DNA from: the human T2T-CHM13v2.0 reference genome, Homo sapiens
Length of the DNA stretch: 64,000 bases
Reading direction: 5' to 3' (one strand)
NCBI RefSeq assembly: GCF_009914755.1
Contig: NC_060940.1
Shown here: positions 36,426-48,800 of the stretch, piece after piece
How positions within the stretch are numbered: the first letter of the stretch is position 1
Layout: each line of letters opens with the position of its first letter
Notes under the pieces: generated by a model
The model's database searches: none
The model's input: the letters and a program-made list of their open reading frames with translations, nothing else
What the model was told of the DNA's origin: nothing
Translations under genes and position numbers: made by a program

Positions 36426-39400
36426 TTACACAGAGCAGATTTGAGACACTCTTTTGGTGGAATTTGTAAGTGGAGAATTCAGCCGCTTTGAGGTCAACGG
36501 TAGAAAAGGAAATATCTTCTTATAAAAACTAGACAGAATGATTCTCAGAAACTGTTTTGTGATGTGTGCGTTCAACTCACAGAGTTTAACCTTTCTTTTC
36601 AGAGAGCAGTTAGGAAACACTCTGTTTGTAAAGTCTGCAAGTGGATATTCAGACCTCTTTGAGGCCTTCGTTGGAAACGGGATTTCTTCATATTATGCTA
36701 GACAGATGAATTCTCAGTAACTTCCTTGTGTTGTGTGTATTCAACTCACAGAGTTGAACGATCCTTTACACAGAGCAGATTTGAAACACTGTTTTTCTGG
36801 AATTTGCAAGTGGAGATTTCAGCCGCTTTGAGGTCAATGGTAGAAAAGGAAATATCTTCGTATAAAAACTAGACAGAATGATTCTCAGAAACTCCTTTGT
36901 GATGTGTGCGTTCAACTCACAGAGTTTAACCTTTCTTTTCACAGAGCAGTTAGGAAACACTCTGTTTGTGAAGCCTGCCAGTGGATATTCGGACCTCTTT
37001 GAGGCCTTCGTTGGAAACGGGATTTCTTCATATTATGCTAGACAGAAGATTTCTCAGTAACTTCTTTGTGTTGTGTGTATGCAACTCACAGAGTTCAACC
37101 TTCCTTTAGACAGAGCAGATTTGAAACACTCTTTTTGTGGAATTTGCAAGTGGAGATTTCAAGCGCTTCGATGCCAATGGTAGAAAAGGAAATATCTTCG
37201 TATAAAAACAAGACAAACTCGTTCCCAGACACTGCGTAGTGATGTGTGTGTTTAACTCACAGAGTTTAACCTTTCTTTTCATACAGCATTCTGGAAACCC
37301 TCTGTTTGTAAAGTCTGCAAGTGGATATTTGGACCTCTTAGATGCCTTCGTTGGAAACGGGATTTCCTCATATAATGCTAGAGGGAAGAATTCTTAGTAA
37401 CTTCTTTGTGTTGTGTGTATTCAACTGACAGAGTTGAACCTTCCTTTAGACAGAGCAGATTTGAAAGTCTCTTTTTGTGGAATTTGCAAGTGGAGATTTC
37501 AAGCGCTTTGAGGCCAAAAGCAGAAAAGGAAATATTTTCCTATAAAAACTAGAGAGAATCATTCTCAGAAACTGCTCTGTGATGTGTGTGTTCAACTCAC
37601 AGAGTTTAACTTTCTTTTCATTCAGCAGTTTGGAAACACTCTGTTTGGAAAGTCTGCACGTGGATATTTTGACCTCTTTGAGGCCTTCGTTGGAAACGGG
37701 TTTTTTTCATGTAAGGGTAGACAGAAGAAATCTCAGTAACTTCCTTGTGTTGTGTGTATTTAACTGACAGAGTTGAACCTTCCTTTAGACAGAGCAGATT
37801 CGAAACGCTCTTTTTCTGCAATTTGCAAGTGGAGACTTCAAGCGCTTTGAGGCCAAGGCAGAAAAGGAAATATCTTCGTATAAAAACCCGACAGAATCAT
37901 TCTCAGAAACTGCTCTGTGATGTGTGCGTTCAACTCACAGAGTTTAACTTTTCTTTTCATTCAGCAGTTTGGAAACACTCTGTTTGTAAAGTCTGCAAGT
38001 GGATATCTTGGCCTCTTAGAGGCCTTCATTGGAAAAGCGTTTTTTCATGTAAGGTTAGACAGAGGAATTCCCAGTAACTTCCTTGTGTTGTGTGCATTCA
38101 ACTCACAGAGTTGAATGATTCTTTACACAGAGCAGATTTGAGACACACTTTTGGTGGAATTTGTAAGTGGAGAATTCAGCCGCTTTGAGGTCAACGGTAG
38201 AAAAGGAAATATCTTCGTATAAAAACTAGAAAGAATGATTCTCAGAAACTGTTTTGTGATGTGTGCGTTCGACTCACAGAGTTTAACCTTTCTTTTCAAA
38301 GAGCAGTTAGGAAACACTCTGTTTGTAAAGTCTGCAAGTGGATATTCAGACCTCTTTGAAGCCTTCGTTGGAAACGGGATTTCATCATATTATGCTAGAC
38401 AGATGAATTCTCAGTAACTTCCTTGTGTTGTGTGTATTCAACTCACAGAGTTGAACGATTCTTTACACAGAGCAGATTTGAAACACTTTTTCTGGAATTT
38501 GCAAGTGGAGATTTCAGCCGCTTTGAGGTCAATGGTAGAAAAGGAAATATCTTCGTATAAAAACTGGACAGAATGATTCTCAGAAACTCCTTTGTGATGT
38601 GTGCGTTCAACTCACAGAGTTTAACCTTTCTTTTCACAGAGCAGTTAGGAAACACTCTGTTTGTGAAGCCTGCCAGTGGATATTCGGACCTCTTTGAGGC
38701 CTTCGTTGGAAACGGGATTTCTTCATATTTTGCTAGACAGAAGATTTCTCAGTAACTTCTTTGTGTTGTGTGTATGCAACTCACAGAGTTCAACCTTCCT
38801 TTAGACAGAGCAGATTTGAAACACTCTTTTTGTGGAATTTGCAAGTGGAAATTTCAAGCGCATCGATGCCAATGGTAGAAAAGGAAATATCTTCGTATAA
38901 AAACAAGACAAACTCGTTCCCAGACACTGCGTAGTGATGTGTGTGTTTAACTCACAGAGTTTAACCTTTCTTTTCATACAGCATTCTGGAAACCCTCTGT
39001 TTGTAAAGTCTGCAAGTGGATATTTGGACCTCTTAGATGCCTTCGTTGGAAACGGGATTTCCTCATATAATGCTAGAGGGAAGAATTCTTAGTAACTTCT
39101 TTGTGTTGTGTGTATTCAACTGACAGAGTTGAACCTTCCTTTAGACAGAGCAGATTTGAAAGTCTCTTTTTGTGGAATTTGCAAGTGGAGATTTCAAGCG
39201 CTTTGAGGCCAAAAGCAGAAAAGGAAATATTTTCCTATAAAAACTAGACAGAATCTTTCTCAGAAACTGCTCTGGGATGTGTGCGTTCAACTCACAGAGT
39301 TTAACTTTTCTTTTCATTCAGCAGTTTGGAAACACTCTGTTTGGAAAGTCTGCACGTGGATATTTTGACCTCTTTGAGGCCTTCGTTGGAAACGGGTGTT

Positions 39401-39819
39401 TTTCATGTAAGGCTAGACAGAAGAAATCTCAGTAACTTCCTTGTGTTGTGTGTATTCAACTGACAGAGTTGAACCTTCCTTTAGACAGAGCAGATTCGAA
39501 ACACTCTTTTTCTGCAATTTGCAAGTGGAGACTTCAAGCGCTTTGAGGCCAAAGGCAGAAAAGGATATATCTTCGTATAAAAACCCGACAGAATCATTCT
39601 CAGAAACTGCTCTGTGATGTGTGCGTTCAACTCACAGAGTTTAACTTTTCTTTTCATTCAGCAGTTTGGAAACACTCTGTTTGTAAAGTCTGCAAGTGGA
39701 TATCTTGGCCTCTTAGAGGCCTTCGTTGGAAACGGGTTTTTTCATGTAAGGTTAGACAGAGGAATTCCCAGTAACTTCCTTGTGTTGTGTGCATTCAACT
39801 CACAGAGTTGAATGATTCT
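36426..39819 (+). repeat. Two 10-mer HORs (1697 bp each) separating the 16-mer arrays; the first is chimeric
   Basis: Marker positions 36426, 38123 and 39820. The first unit has two 1-bp deletions (near 37611 and 37856). The second has the 2-bp deletion AAACACTTTTTCTGG near 38486. Confidence 0.85.
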
Positions 39820-42800
39820 TTACACAGAGCAGATTTGAGACACTCTTTGGGTGGAATTTGTAAGTGGAGAATTCAGCCGCTTTGAGGTCAACGGTAGAAA
39901 AGGAAATACCTTCGTATAAAAACTAGACAGAATGATTCTCAGAAACTGTTTTGTGATGTGTGCGTTCAACTCACAGAGTTTAACCTTTCTTTTCAAAGAG
40001 CAGTTAGGAAACACTCTGTAAAGTCTGCAAGTGGATATTCAGACCTCTTTGAGGCCTTCGTTGGAAACGGGATTTCTTCATATAATGCTAGAGGGAAGAA
40101 TTCTTAGTAACTTCTTTGTGTTGTGTGTATTCAACTGACAGAGTTGAACCTTCCTTTAGACAGAGCAGATTTGAAAGTCTCTTTTTGTGGAATTTGCAAG
40201 TGGAGATTTCAAGCGCTTTGAGGCCAAAAGCAGAAAAGGAAATATTTTCCTATAAAAACTATAGAGAATCATTCTCAGAAACTGCTCTGTGATGTGTGTG
40301 TTCAACTCACAGAGTTTAACTTTCTTTTCATTCAGCAGTTTGGAAACACTCTGTTTGGAAAGTCTGCACGTGGATATTTTGACCTCTTTGAGGCCTTCGT
40401 TGGAAACGGGTTTTTTTCATGTAAGGCTAGACAGAAGAAATCTCAGTAACTTCCTTGTGTTGTGTGTATTTAACTGACAGAGTTGAACCTTCCTTTAGAC
40501 AGAGCAGATTCGAAACGCTCTTTTTCTGCAATTTGCAAGTGGAGACTTCAAGCGCTTTGAGGCCAAAGGCAGAAAAGGAAATATCTTCGTATAAAAACCC
40601 GACAGAATCATTCTCAGAAACTGCTCTGTGATGTGTGCGTTCAACTCACAGAGTTTAACTTTTCTTTTCATTCAGCAGTTTGGAAACACTCTGTTTGTAA
40701 AGTCTGCAAGTGGATATCTTGGCCTCTTAGAGGCCTTCGTTGGAAACGCGTTTTTTCATGTAAGGTTAGACAGAGGAATTCCCAGTGACTTCCTTGTGTT
40801 GTGTGCATTCAACTCACAGAGTTGAATGATTCTTTACACAGAGCAGATTGGAGACACACTTTTGGTGGAATTTGTAAGTGGAGAATTCAGCCGCTTTGAG
40901 GTCAACGGTAGAAAAGGAAATATCTTCGTATAAAAACTAGAAAGAATGATTCTCAGAAACTGTTTTGTGATGTGTGCGTTCAACTCACAGAGTTTAACCT
41001 TTCTTTTCAAAGAGCAGTTAGGAAACACTCTGTTTGTAAAGTCTGCAAGTGGATATTCAGACCTCTTTGAAGCCTTCGTTGGAAACGGGATTTCATCATA
41101 TTATGCTAGACAGATGAATTCTCAGTAACTTCATTGTGTTGTGTGTATTCAACTCACAGAGTTGAACGATCCTTTACACAGAGCAGATTTGAAACACTTT
41201 TTCTGGAATTTGCAAGTGGAGATTTCAGCCGCTTTGAGGTCAATGGTAGAAAAGGAAATATCTTCGTATAAAAACTGGACAGAATGATTCTCAGAAACTC
41301 CTTTGTGATGTGTGCGTTCAACTCACAGAGTTTAACCTTTCTTTTCACAGAGCAGTTAGGAAACACTCTGTTTGTGAAGCCTGCCAGTGGATATTCGGAC
41401 CTCTTTGAGGCCTTCGTTGGAAACGGGATTTCTTCATATTTTGCTAGACAGAAGATTTCTCAGTAACTTCTTTGTGTTGTGTGTATGCAACTCACAGAGT
41501 TCAACCTTCCTTTAGACAGAGCAGATTTGAAACACTCTTTTTGTGGAATTTGCAAGTGGAAATTTCAAGCGCATCGATGCCAATGGTAGAAAAGGAAATA
41601 TCTTCGTATAAAAACAAGACAAACTCGTTCCCAGACACTGCGTAGTGATGTGTGTGTTTAACTCACAGAGTTTAACCTTTCTTTTCATACAGCATTCTGG
41701 AAACCCTCTGTTTGTAAAGTCTGCAAGTGGATATTTGGACCTCTTAGATGCCTTCGTTGGAAACGGGATTTCCTCATATAATGCTAGAGGGAAGAATTCT
41801 TAGTAACTTCTTTGTGTTGTGTGTATTCAACTGACAGAGTTGAACCTTCCTTTAGACAGAGCAGATTTGAAAGTCTCTTTTTGTGGAATTTGCAAGTGGA
41901 GATTTCAAGCGCTTTGAGGCCAAAAGCAGAAAAGGAAATATTTTCCTATAAAAACTAGACAGAATCTTTCTCAGAAACTGCTCTGGGATGTGTGCGTTCA
42001 ACTCACAGAGTTTAACTTTTCTTTTCATTCAGCAGTTTGGAAACACTCTGTTTGGAAAGTCTGCACGTGGATATTTTGACCTCTTTGAGGCCTTCGTTGG
42101 AAACGGGTGTTTTTCATGTAAGGCTAGACAGAAGAAATCTCAGTAACTTCCTTGTGTTGTGTGTATTCAACTGACAGAGTTGAACCTTCCTTTAGACAGA
42201 GCAGATTCGAAACACTCTTTTTCTGCAATTTGCAAGTGGAGACTTCAAGCGCTTTGAGGCCAAAGGCAGAAAAGGATATATCTTCGTATAAAAACCCGAC
42301 AGAATCATTCTCAGAAACTGCTCTGTGATGTGTGCGTTCAACTCACAGAGTTTAACTTTTCTTTTCATTCAGCAGTTTGGAAACACTCTGTTTGTAAAGT
42401 CTGCAAGTGGATATCTTGGCCTCTTAGAGGCCTTCGTTGGAAACGGGTTTTTTCATGTAAGGTTAGACAGAGGAATTCCCAGTAACTTCCTTGTGTTGTG
42501 TGCATTCAACTCACAGAGTTGAATGATTCTTTACACAGAGCAGATTTGAGACACTCTTTGGGTGGAATTTGTAAGTGGAGAATTCAGCCGCTTTGAGGTC
42601 AACGGTAGAAAAGGAAATACCTTCGTATAAAAACTAGACAGAATGATTCTCAGAAACTGTTTTGTGATGTGTGCGTTCAACTCACAGAGTTTAACCTTTC
42701 TTTTCAAAGAGCAGTTAGGAAACACTCTGTAAAGTCTGCAAGTGGATATTCAGACCTCTTTGAGGCCTTCGTTGGAAACGGGATTTCTTCATATAATGCT

Positions 42801-45800
42801 AGAGGGAAGAATTCTTAGTAACTTCTTTGTGTTGTGTGTATTCAACTGACAGAGTTGAACCTTCCTTTAGACAGAGCAGATTTGAAAGTCTCTTTTTGTG
42901 GAATTTGCAAGTGGAGATTTCAAGCGCTTTGAGGCCAAAAGCAGAAAAGGAAATATTTTCCTATAAAAACTAGAGAGAATCATTCTCAGAAACTGCTCTG
43001 TGATGTGTGTGTTCAACTCACAGAGTTTAACTTTCTTTTCATTCAGCAGTTTGGAAACACTCTGTTTGGAAAGTCTGCACGTGGATATTTTGACCTCTTT
43101 GAGGCCTTCGTTGGAAACGGGTTTTTTTCATGTAAGGCTAGACAGAAGAAATCTCAGTAACTTCCTTGTGTTGTGTGTATTTAACTGACAGAGTTGAACC
43201 TTCCTTTAGACAGAGCAGATTCGAAACGCTCTTTTTCTGCAATTTGCAAGTGGAGACTTCAAGCGCTTTGAGGCCAAAGGCAGAAAAGGAAATATCTTCG
43301 TATAAAAACCCGACAGAATCATTCTCAGAAACTGCTCTGTGATGTGTGCGTTCAACTCACAGAGTTTAACTTTTCTTTTCATTCAGCAGTTTGGAAACAC
43401 TCTGTTTGTAAAGTCTGCAAGTGGATATCTTGGCCTCTTAGAGGCCTTCGTTGGAAACGCGTTTTTTCATGTAAGGTTAGACAGAGGAATTCCCAGTGAC
43501 TTCCTTGTGTTGTGTGCATTCAACTCACAGAGTTGAATGATTCTTTACACAGAGCAGATTGGAGACACACTTTTGGTGGAATTTGTAAGTGGAGAATTCA
43601 GCCGCTTTGAGGTCAACGGTAGAAAAGGAAATATCTTCGTATAAAAACTAGAAAGAATGATTCTCAGAAACTGTTTTGTGATGTGTGCGTTCAACTCACA
43701 GAGTTTAACCTTTCTTTTCAAAGAGCAGTTAGGAAACACTCTGTTTGTAAAGTCTGCAAGTGGATATTCAGACCTCTTTGAAGCCTTCGTTGGAAACGGG
43801 ATTTCATCATATTATGCTAGACAGATGAATTCTCAGTAACTTCATTGTGTTGTGTGTATTCAACTCACAGAGTTGAACGATCCTTTACACAGAGCAGATT
43901 TGAAACACTTTTTCTGGAATTTGCAAGTGGAGATTTCAGCCGCTTTGAGGTCAATGGTAGAAAAGGAAATATCTTCGTATAAAAACTGGACAGAATGATT
44001 CTCAGAAACTCCTTTGTGATGTGTGCGTTCAACTCACAGAGTTTAACCTTTCTTTTCACAGAGCAGTTAGGAAACACTCTGTTTGTGAAGCCTGCCAGTG
44101 GATATTCGGACCTCTTTGAGGCCTTCGTTGGAAACGGGATTTCTTCATATTTTGCTAGACAGAAGATTTCTCAGTAACTTCTTTGTGTTGTGTGTATGCA
44201 ACTCACAGAGTTCAACCTTCCTTTAGACAGAGCAGATTTGAAACACTCTTTTTGTGGAATTTGCAAGTGGAAATTTCAAGCGCATCGATGCCAATGGTAG
44301 AAAAGGAAATATCTTCGTATAAAAACAAGACAAACTCGTTCCCAGACACTGCGTAGTGATGTGTGTGTTTAACTCACAGAGTTTAACCTTTCTTTTCATA
44401 CAGCATTCTGGAAACCCTCTGTTTGTAAAGTCTGCAAGTGGATATTTGGACCTCTTAGATGCCTTCGTTGGAAACGGGATTTCCTCATATAATGCTAGAG
44501 GGAAGAATTCTTAGTAACTTCTTTGTGTTGTGTGTATTCAACTGACAGAGTTGAACCTTCCTTTAGACAGAGCAGATTTGAAAGTCTCTTTTTGTGGAAT
44601 TTGCAAGTGGAGATTTCAAGCGCTTTGAGGCCAAAAGCAGAAAAGGAAATATTTTCCTATAAAAACTAGACAGAATCTTTCTCAGAAACTGCTCTGGGAT
44701 GTGTGCGTTCAACTCACAGAGTTTAACTTTTCTTTTCATTCAGCAGTTTGGAAACACTCTGTTTGGAAAGTCTGCACGTGGATATTTTGACCTCTTTGAG
44801 GCCTTCGTTGGAAACGGGTGTTTTTCATGTAAGGCTAGACAGAAGAAATCTCAGTAACTTCCTTGTGTTGTGTGTATTCAACTGACAGAGTTGAACCTTC
44901 CTTTAGACAGAGCAGATTCGAAACACTCTTTTTCTGCAATTTGCAAGTGGAGACTTCAAGCGCTTTGAGGCCAAAGGCAGAAAAGGATATATCTTCGTAT
45001 AAAAACCCGACAGAATCATTCTCAGAAACTGCTCTGTGATGTGTGCGTTCAACTCACAGAGTTTAACTTTTCTTTTCATTCAGCAGTTTGGAAACACTCT
45101 GTTTGTAAAGTCTGCAAGTGGATATCTTGGCCTCTTAGAGGCCTTCGTTGGAAACGGGTTTTTTCATGTAAGGTTAGACAGAGGAATTCCCAGTAACTTC
45201 CTTGTGTTGTGTGCATTCAACTCACAGAGTTGAATGATTCTTTACACAGAGCAGATTTGAGACACTCTTTGGGTGGAATTTGTAAGTGGAGAATTCAGCC
45301 GCTTTGAGGTCAACGGTAGAAAAGGAAATACCTTCGTATAAAAACTAGACAGAATGATTCTCAGAAACTGTTTTGTGATGTGTGCGTTCAACTCACAGAG
45401 TTTAACCTTTCTTTTCAAAGAGCAGTTAGGAAACACTCTGTAAAGTCTGCAAGTGGATATTCAGACCTCTTTGAGGCCTTCGTTGGAAACGGGATTTCTT
45501 CATATAATGCTAGAGGGAAGAATTCTTAGTAACTTCTTTGTGTTGTGTGTATTCAACTGACAGAGTTGAACCTTCCTTTAGACAGAGCAGATTTGAAAGT
45601 CTCTTTTTGTGGAATTTGCAAGTGGAGATTTCAAGCGCTTTGAGGCCAAAAGCAGAAAAGGAAATATTTTCCTATAAAAACTAGAGAGAATCATTCTCAG
45701 AAACTGCTCTGTGATGTGTGTGTTCAACTCACAGAGTTTAACTTTCTTTTCATTCAGCAGTTTGGAAACACTCTGTTTGGAAAGTCTGCACGTGGATATT

Positions 45801-48800
45801 TTGACCTCTTTGAGGCCTTCGTTGGAAACGGGTTTTTTTCATGTAAGGCTAGACAGAAGAAATCTCAGTAACTTCCTTGTGTTGTGTGTATTTAACTGAC
45901 AGAGTTGAACCTTCCTTTAGACAGAGCAGATTCGAAACGCTCTTTTTCTGCAATTTGCAAGTGGAGACTTCAAGCGCTTTGAGGCCAAAGGCAGAAAAGG
46001 AAATATCTTCGTATAAAAACCCGACAGAATCATTCTCAGAAACTGCTCTGTGATGTGTGCGTTCAACTCACAGAGTTTAACTTTTCTTTTCATTCAGCAG
46101 TTTGGAAACACTCTGTTTGTAAAGTCTGCAAGTGGATATCTTGGCCTCTTAGAGGCCTTCGTTGGAAACGCGTTTTTTCATGTAAGGTTAGACAGAGGAA
46201 TTCCCAGTGACTTCCTTGTGTTGTGTGCATTCAACTCACAGAGTTGAATGATTCTTTACACAGAGCAGATTGGAGACACACTTTTGGTGGAATTTGTAAG
46301 TGGAGAATTCAGCCGCTTTGAGGTCAACGGTAGAAAAGGAAATATCTTCGTATAAAAACTAGAAAGAATGATTCTCAGAAACTGTTTTGTGATGTGTGCG
46401 TTCAACTCACAGAGTTTAACCTTTCTTTTCAAAGAGCAGTTAGGAAACACTCTGTTTGTAAAGTCTGCAAGTGGATATTCAGACCTCTTTGAAGCCTTCG
46501 TTGGAAACGGGATTTCATCATATTATGCTAGACAGATGAATTCTCAGTAACTTCATTGTGTTGTGTGTATTCAACTCACAGAGTTGAACGATCCTTTACA
46601 CAGAGCAGATTTGAAACACTTTTTCTGGAATTTGCAAGTGGAGATTTCAGCCGCTTTGAGGTCAATGGTAGAAAAGGAAATATCTTCGTATAAAAACTGG
46701 ACAGAATGATTCTCAGAAACTCCTTTGTGATGTGTGCGTTCAACTCACAGAGTTTAACCTTTCTTTTCACAGAGCAGTTAGGAAACACTCTGTTTGTGAA
46801 GCCTGCCAGTGGATATTCGGACCTCTTTGAGGCCTTCGTTGGAAACGGGATTTCTTCATATTTTGCTAGACAGAAGATTTCTCAGTAACTTCTTTGTGTT
46901 GTGTGTATGCAACTCACAGAGTTCAACCTTCCTTTAGACAGAGCAGATTTGAAACACTCTTTTTGTGGAATTTGCAAGTGGAAATTTCAAGCGCATCGAT
47001 GCCAATGGTAGAAAAGGAAATATCTTCGTATAAAAACAAGACAAACTCGTTCCCAGACACTGCGTAGTGATGTGTGTGTTTAACTCACAGAGTTTAACCT
47101 TTCTTTTCATACAGCATTCTGGAAACCCTCTGTTTGTAAAGTCTGCAAGTGGATATTTGGACCTCTTAGATGCCTTCGTTGGAAACGGGATTTCCTCATA
47201 TAATGCTAGAGGGAAGAATTCTTAGTAACTTCTTTGTGTTGTGTGTATTCAACTGACAGAGTTGAACCTTCCTTTAGACAGAGCAGATTTGAAAGTCTCT
47301 TTTTGTGGAATTTGCAAGTGGAGATTTCAAGCGCTTTGAGGCCAAAAGCAGAAAAGGAAATATTTTCCTATAAAAACTAGACAGAATCTTTCTCAGAAAC
47401 TGCTCTGGGATGTGTGCGTTCAACTCACAGAGTTTAACTTTTCTTTTCATTCAGCAGTTTGGAAACACTCTGTTTGGAAAGTCTGCACGTGGATATTTTG
47501 ACCTCTTTGAGGCCTTCGTTGGAAACGGGTGTTTTTCATGTAAGGCTAGACAGAAGAAATCTCAGTAACTTCCTTGTGTTGTGTGTATTCAACTGACAGA
47601 GTTGAACCTTCCTTTAGACAGAGCAGATTCGAAACACTCTTTTTCTGCAATTTGCAAGTGGAGACTTCAAGCGCTTTGAGGCCAAAGGCAGAAAAGGATA
47701 TATCTTCGTATAAAAACCCGACAGAATCATTCTCAGAAACTGCTCTGTGATGTGTGCGTTCAACTCACAGAGTTTAACTTTTCTTTTCATTCAGCAGTTT
47801 GGAAACACTCTGTTTGTAAAGTCTGCAAGTGGATATCTTGGCCTCTTAGAGGCCTTCGTTGGAAACGGGTTTTTTCATGTAAGGTTAGACAGAGGAATTC
47901 CCAGTAACTTCCTTGTGTTGTGTGCATTCAACTCACAGAGTTGAATGATTCTTTACACAGAGCAGATTTGAGACACTCTTTGGGTGGAATTTGTAAGTGG
48001 AGAATTCAGCCGCTTTGAGGTCAACGGTAGAAAAGGAAATACCTTCGTATAAAAACTAGACAGAATGATTCTCAGAAACTGTTTTGTGATGTGTGCGTTC
48101 AACTCACAGAGTTTAACCTTTCTTTTCAAAGAGCAGTTAGGAAACACTCTGTAAAGTCTGCAAGTGGATATTCAGACCTCTTTGAGGCCTTCGTTGGAAA
48201 CGGGATTTCTTCATATAATGCTAGAGGGAAGAATTCTTAGTAACTTCTTTGTGTTGTGTGTATTCAACTGACAGAGTTGAACCTTCCTTTAGACAGAGCA
48301 GATTTGAAAGTCTCTTTTTGTGGAATTTGCAAGTGGAGATTTCAAGCGCTTTGAGGCCAAAAGCAGAAAAGGAAATATTTTCCTATAAAAACTAGAGAGA
48401 ATCATTCTCAGAAACTGCTCTGTGATGTGTGTGTTCAACTCACAGAGTTTAACTTTCTTTTCATTCAGCAGTTTGGAAACACTCTGTTTGGAAAGTCTGC
48501 ACGTGGATATTTTGACCTCTTTGAGGCCTTCGTTGGAAACGGGTTTTTTTCATGTAAGGCTAGACAGAAGAAATCTCAGTAACTTCCTTGTGTTGTGTGT
48601 ATTTAACTGACAGAGTTGAACCTTCCTTTAGACAGAGCAGATTCGAAACGCTCTTTTTCTGCAATTTGCAAGTGGAGACTTCAAGCGCTTTGAGGCCAAA
48701 GGCAGAAAAGGAAATATCTTCGTATAAAAACCCGACAGAATCATTCTCAGAAACTGCTCTGTGATGTGTGCGTTCAACTCACAGAGTTTAACTTTTCTTT

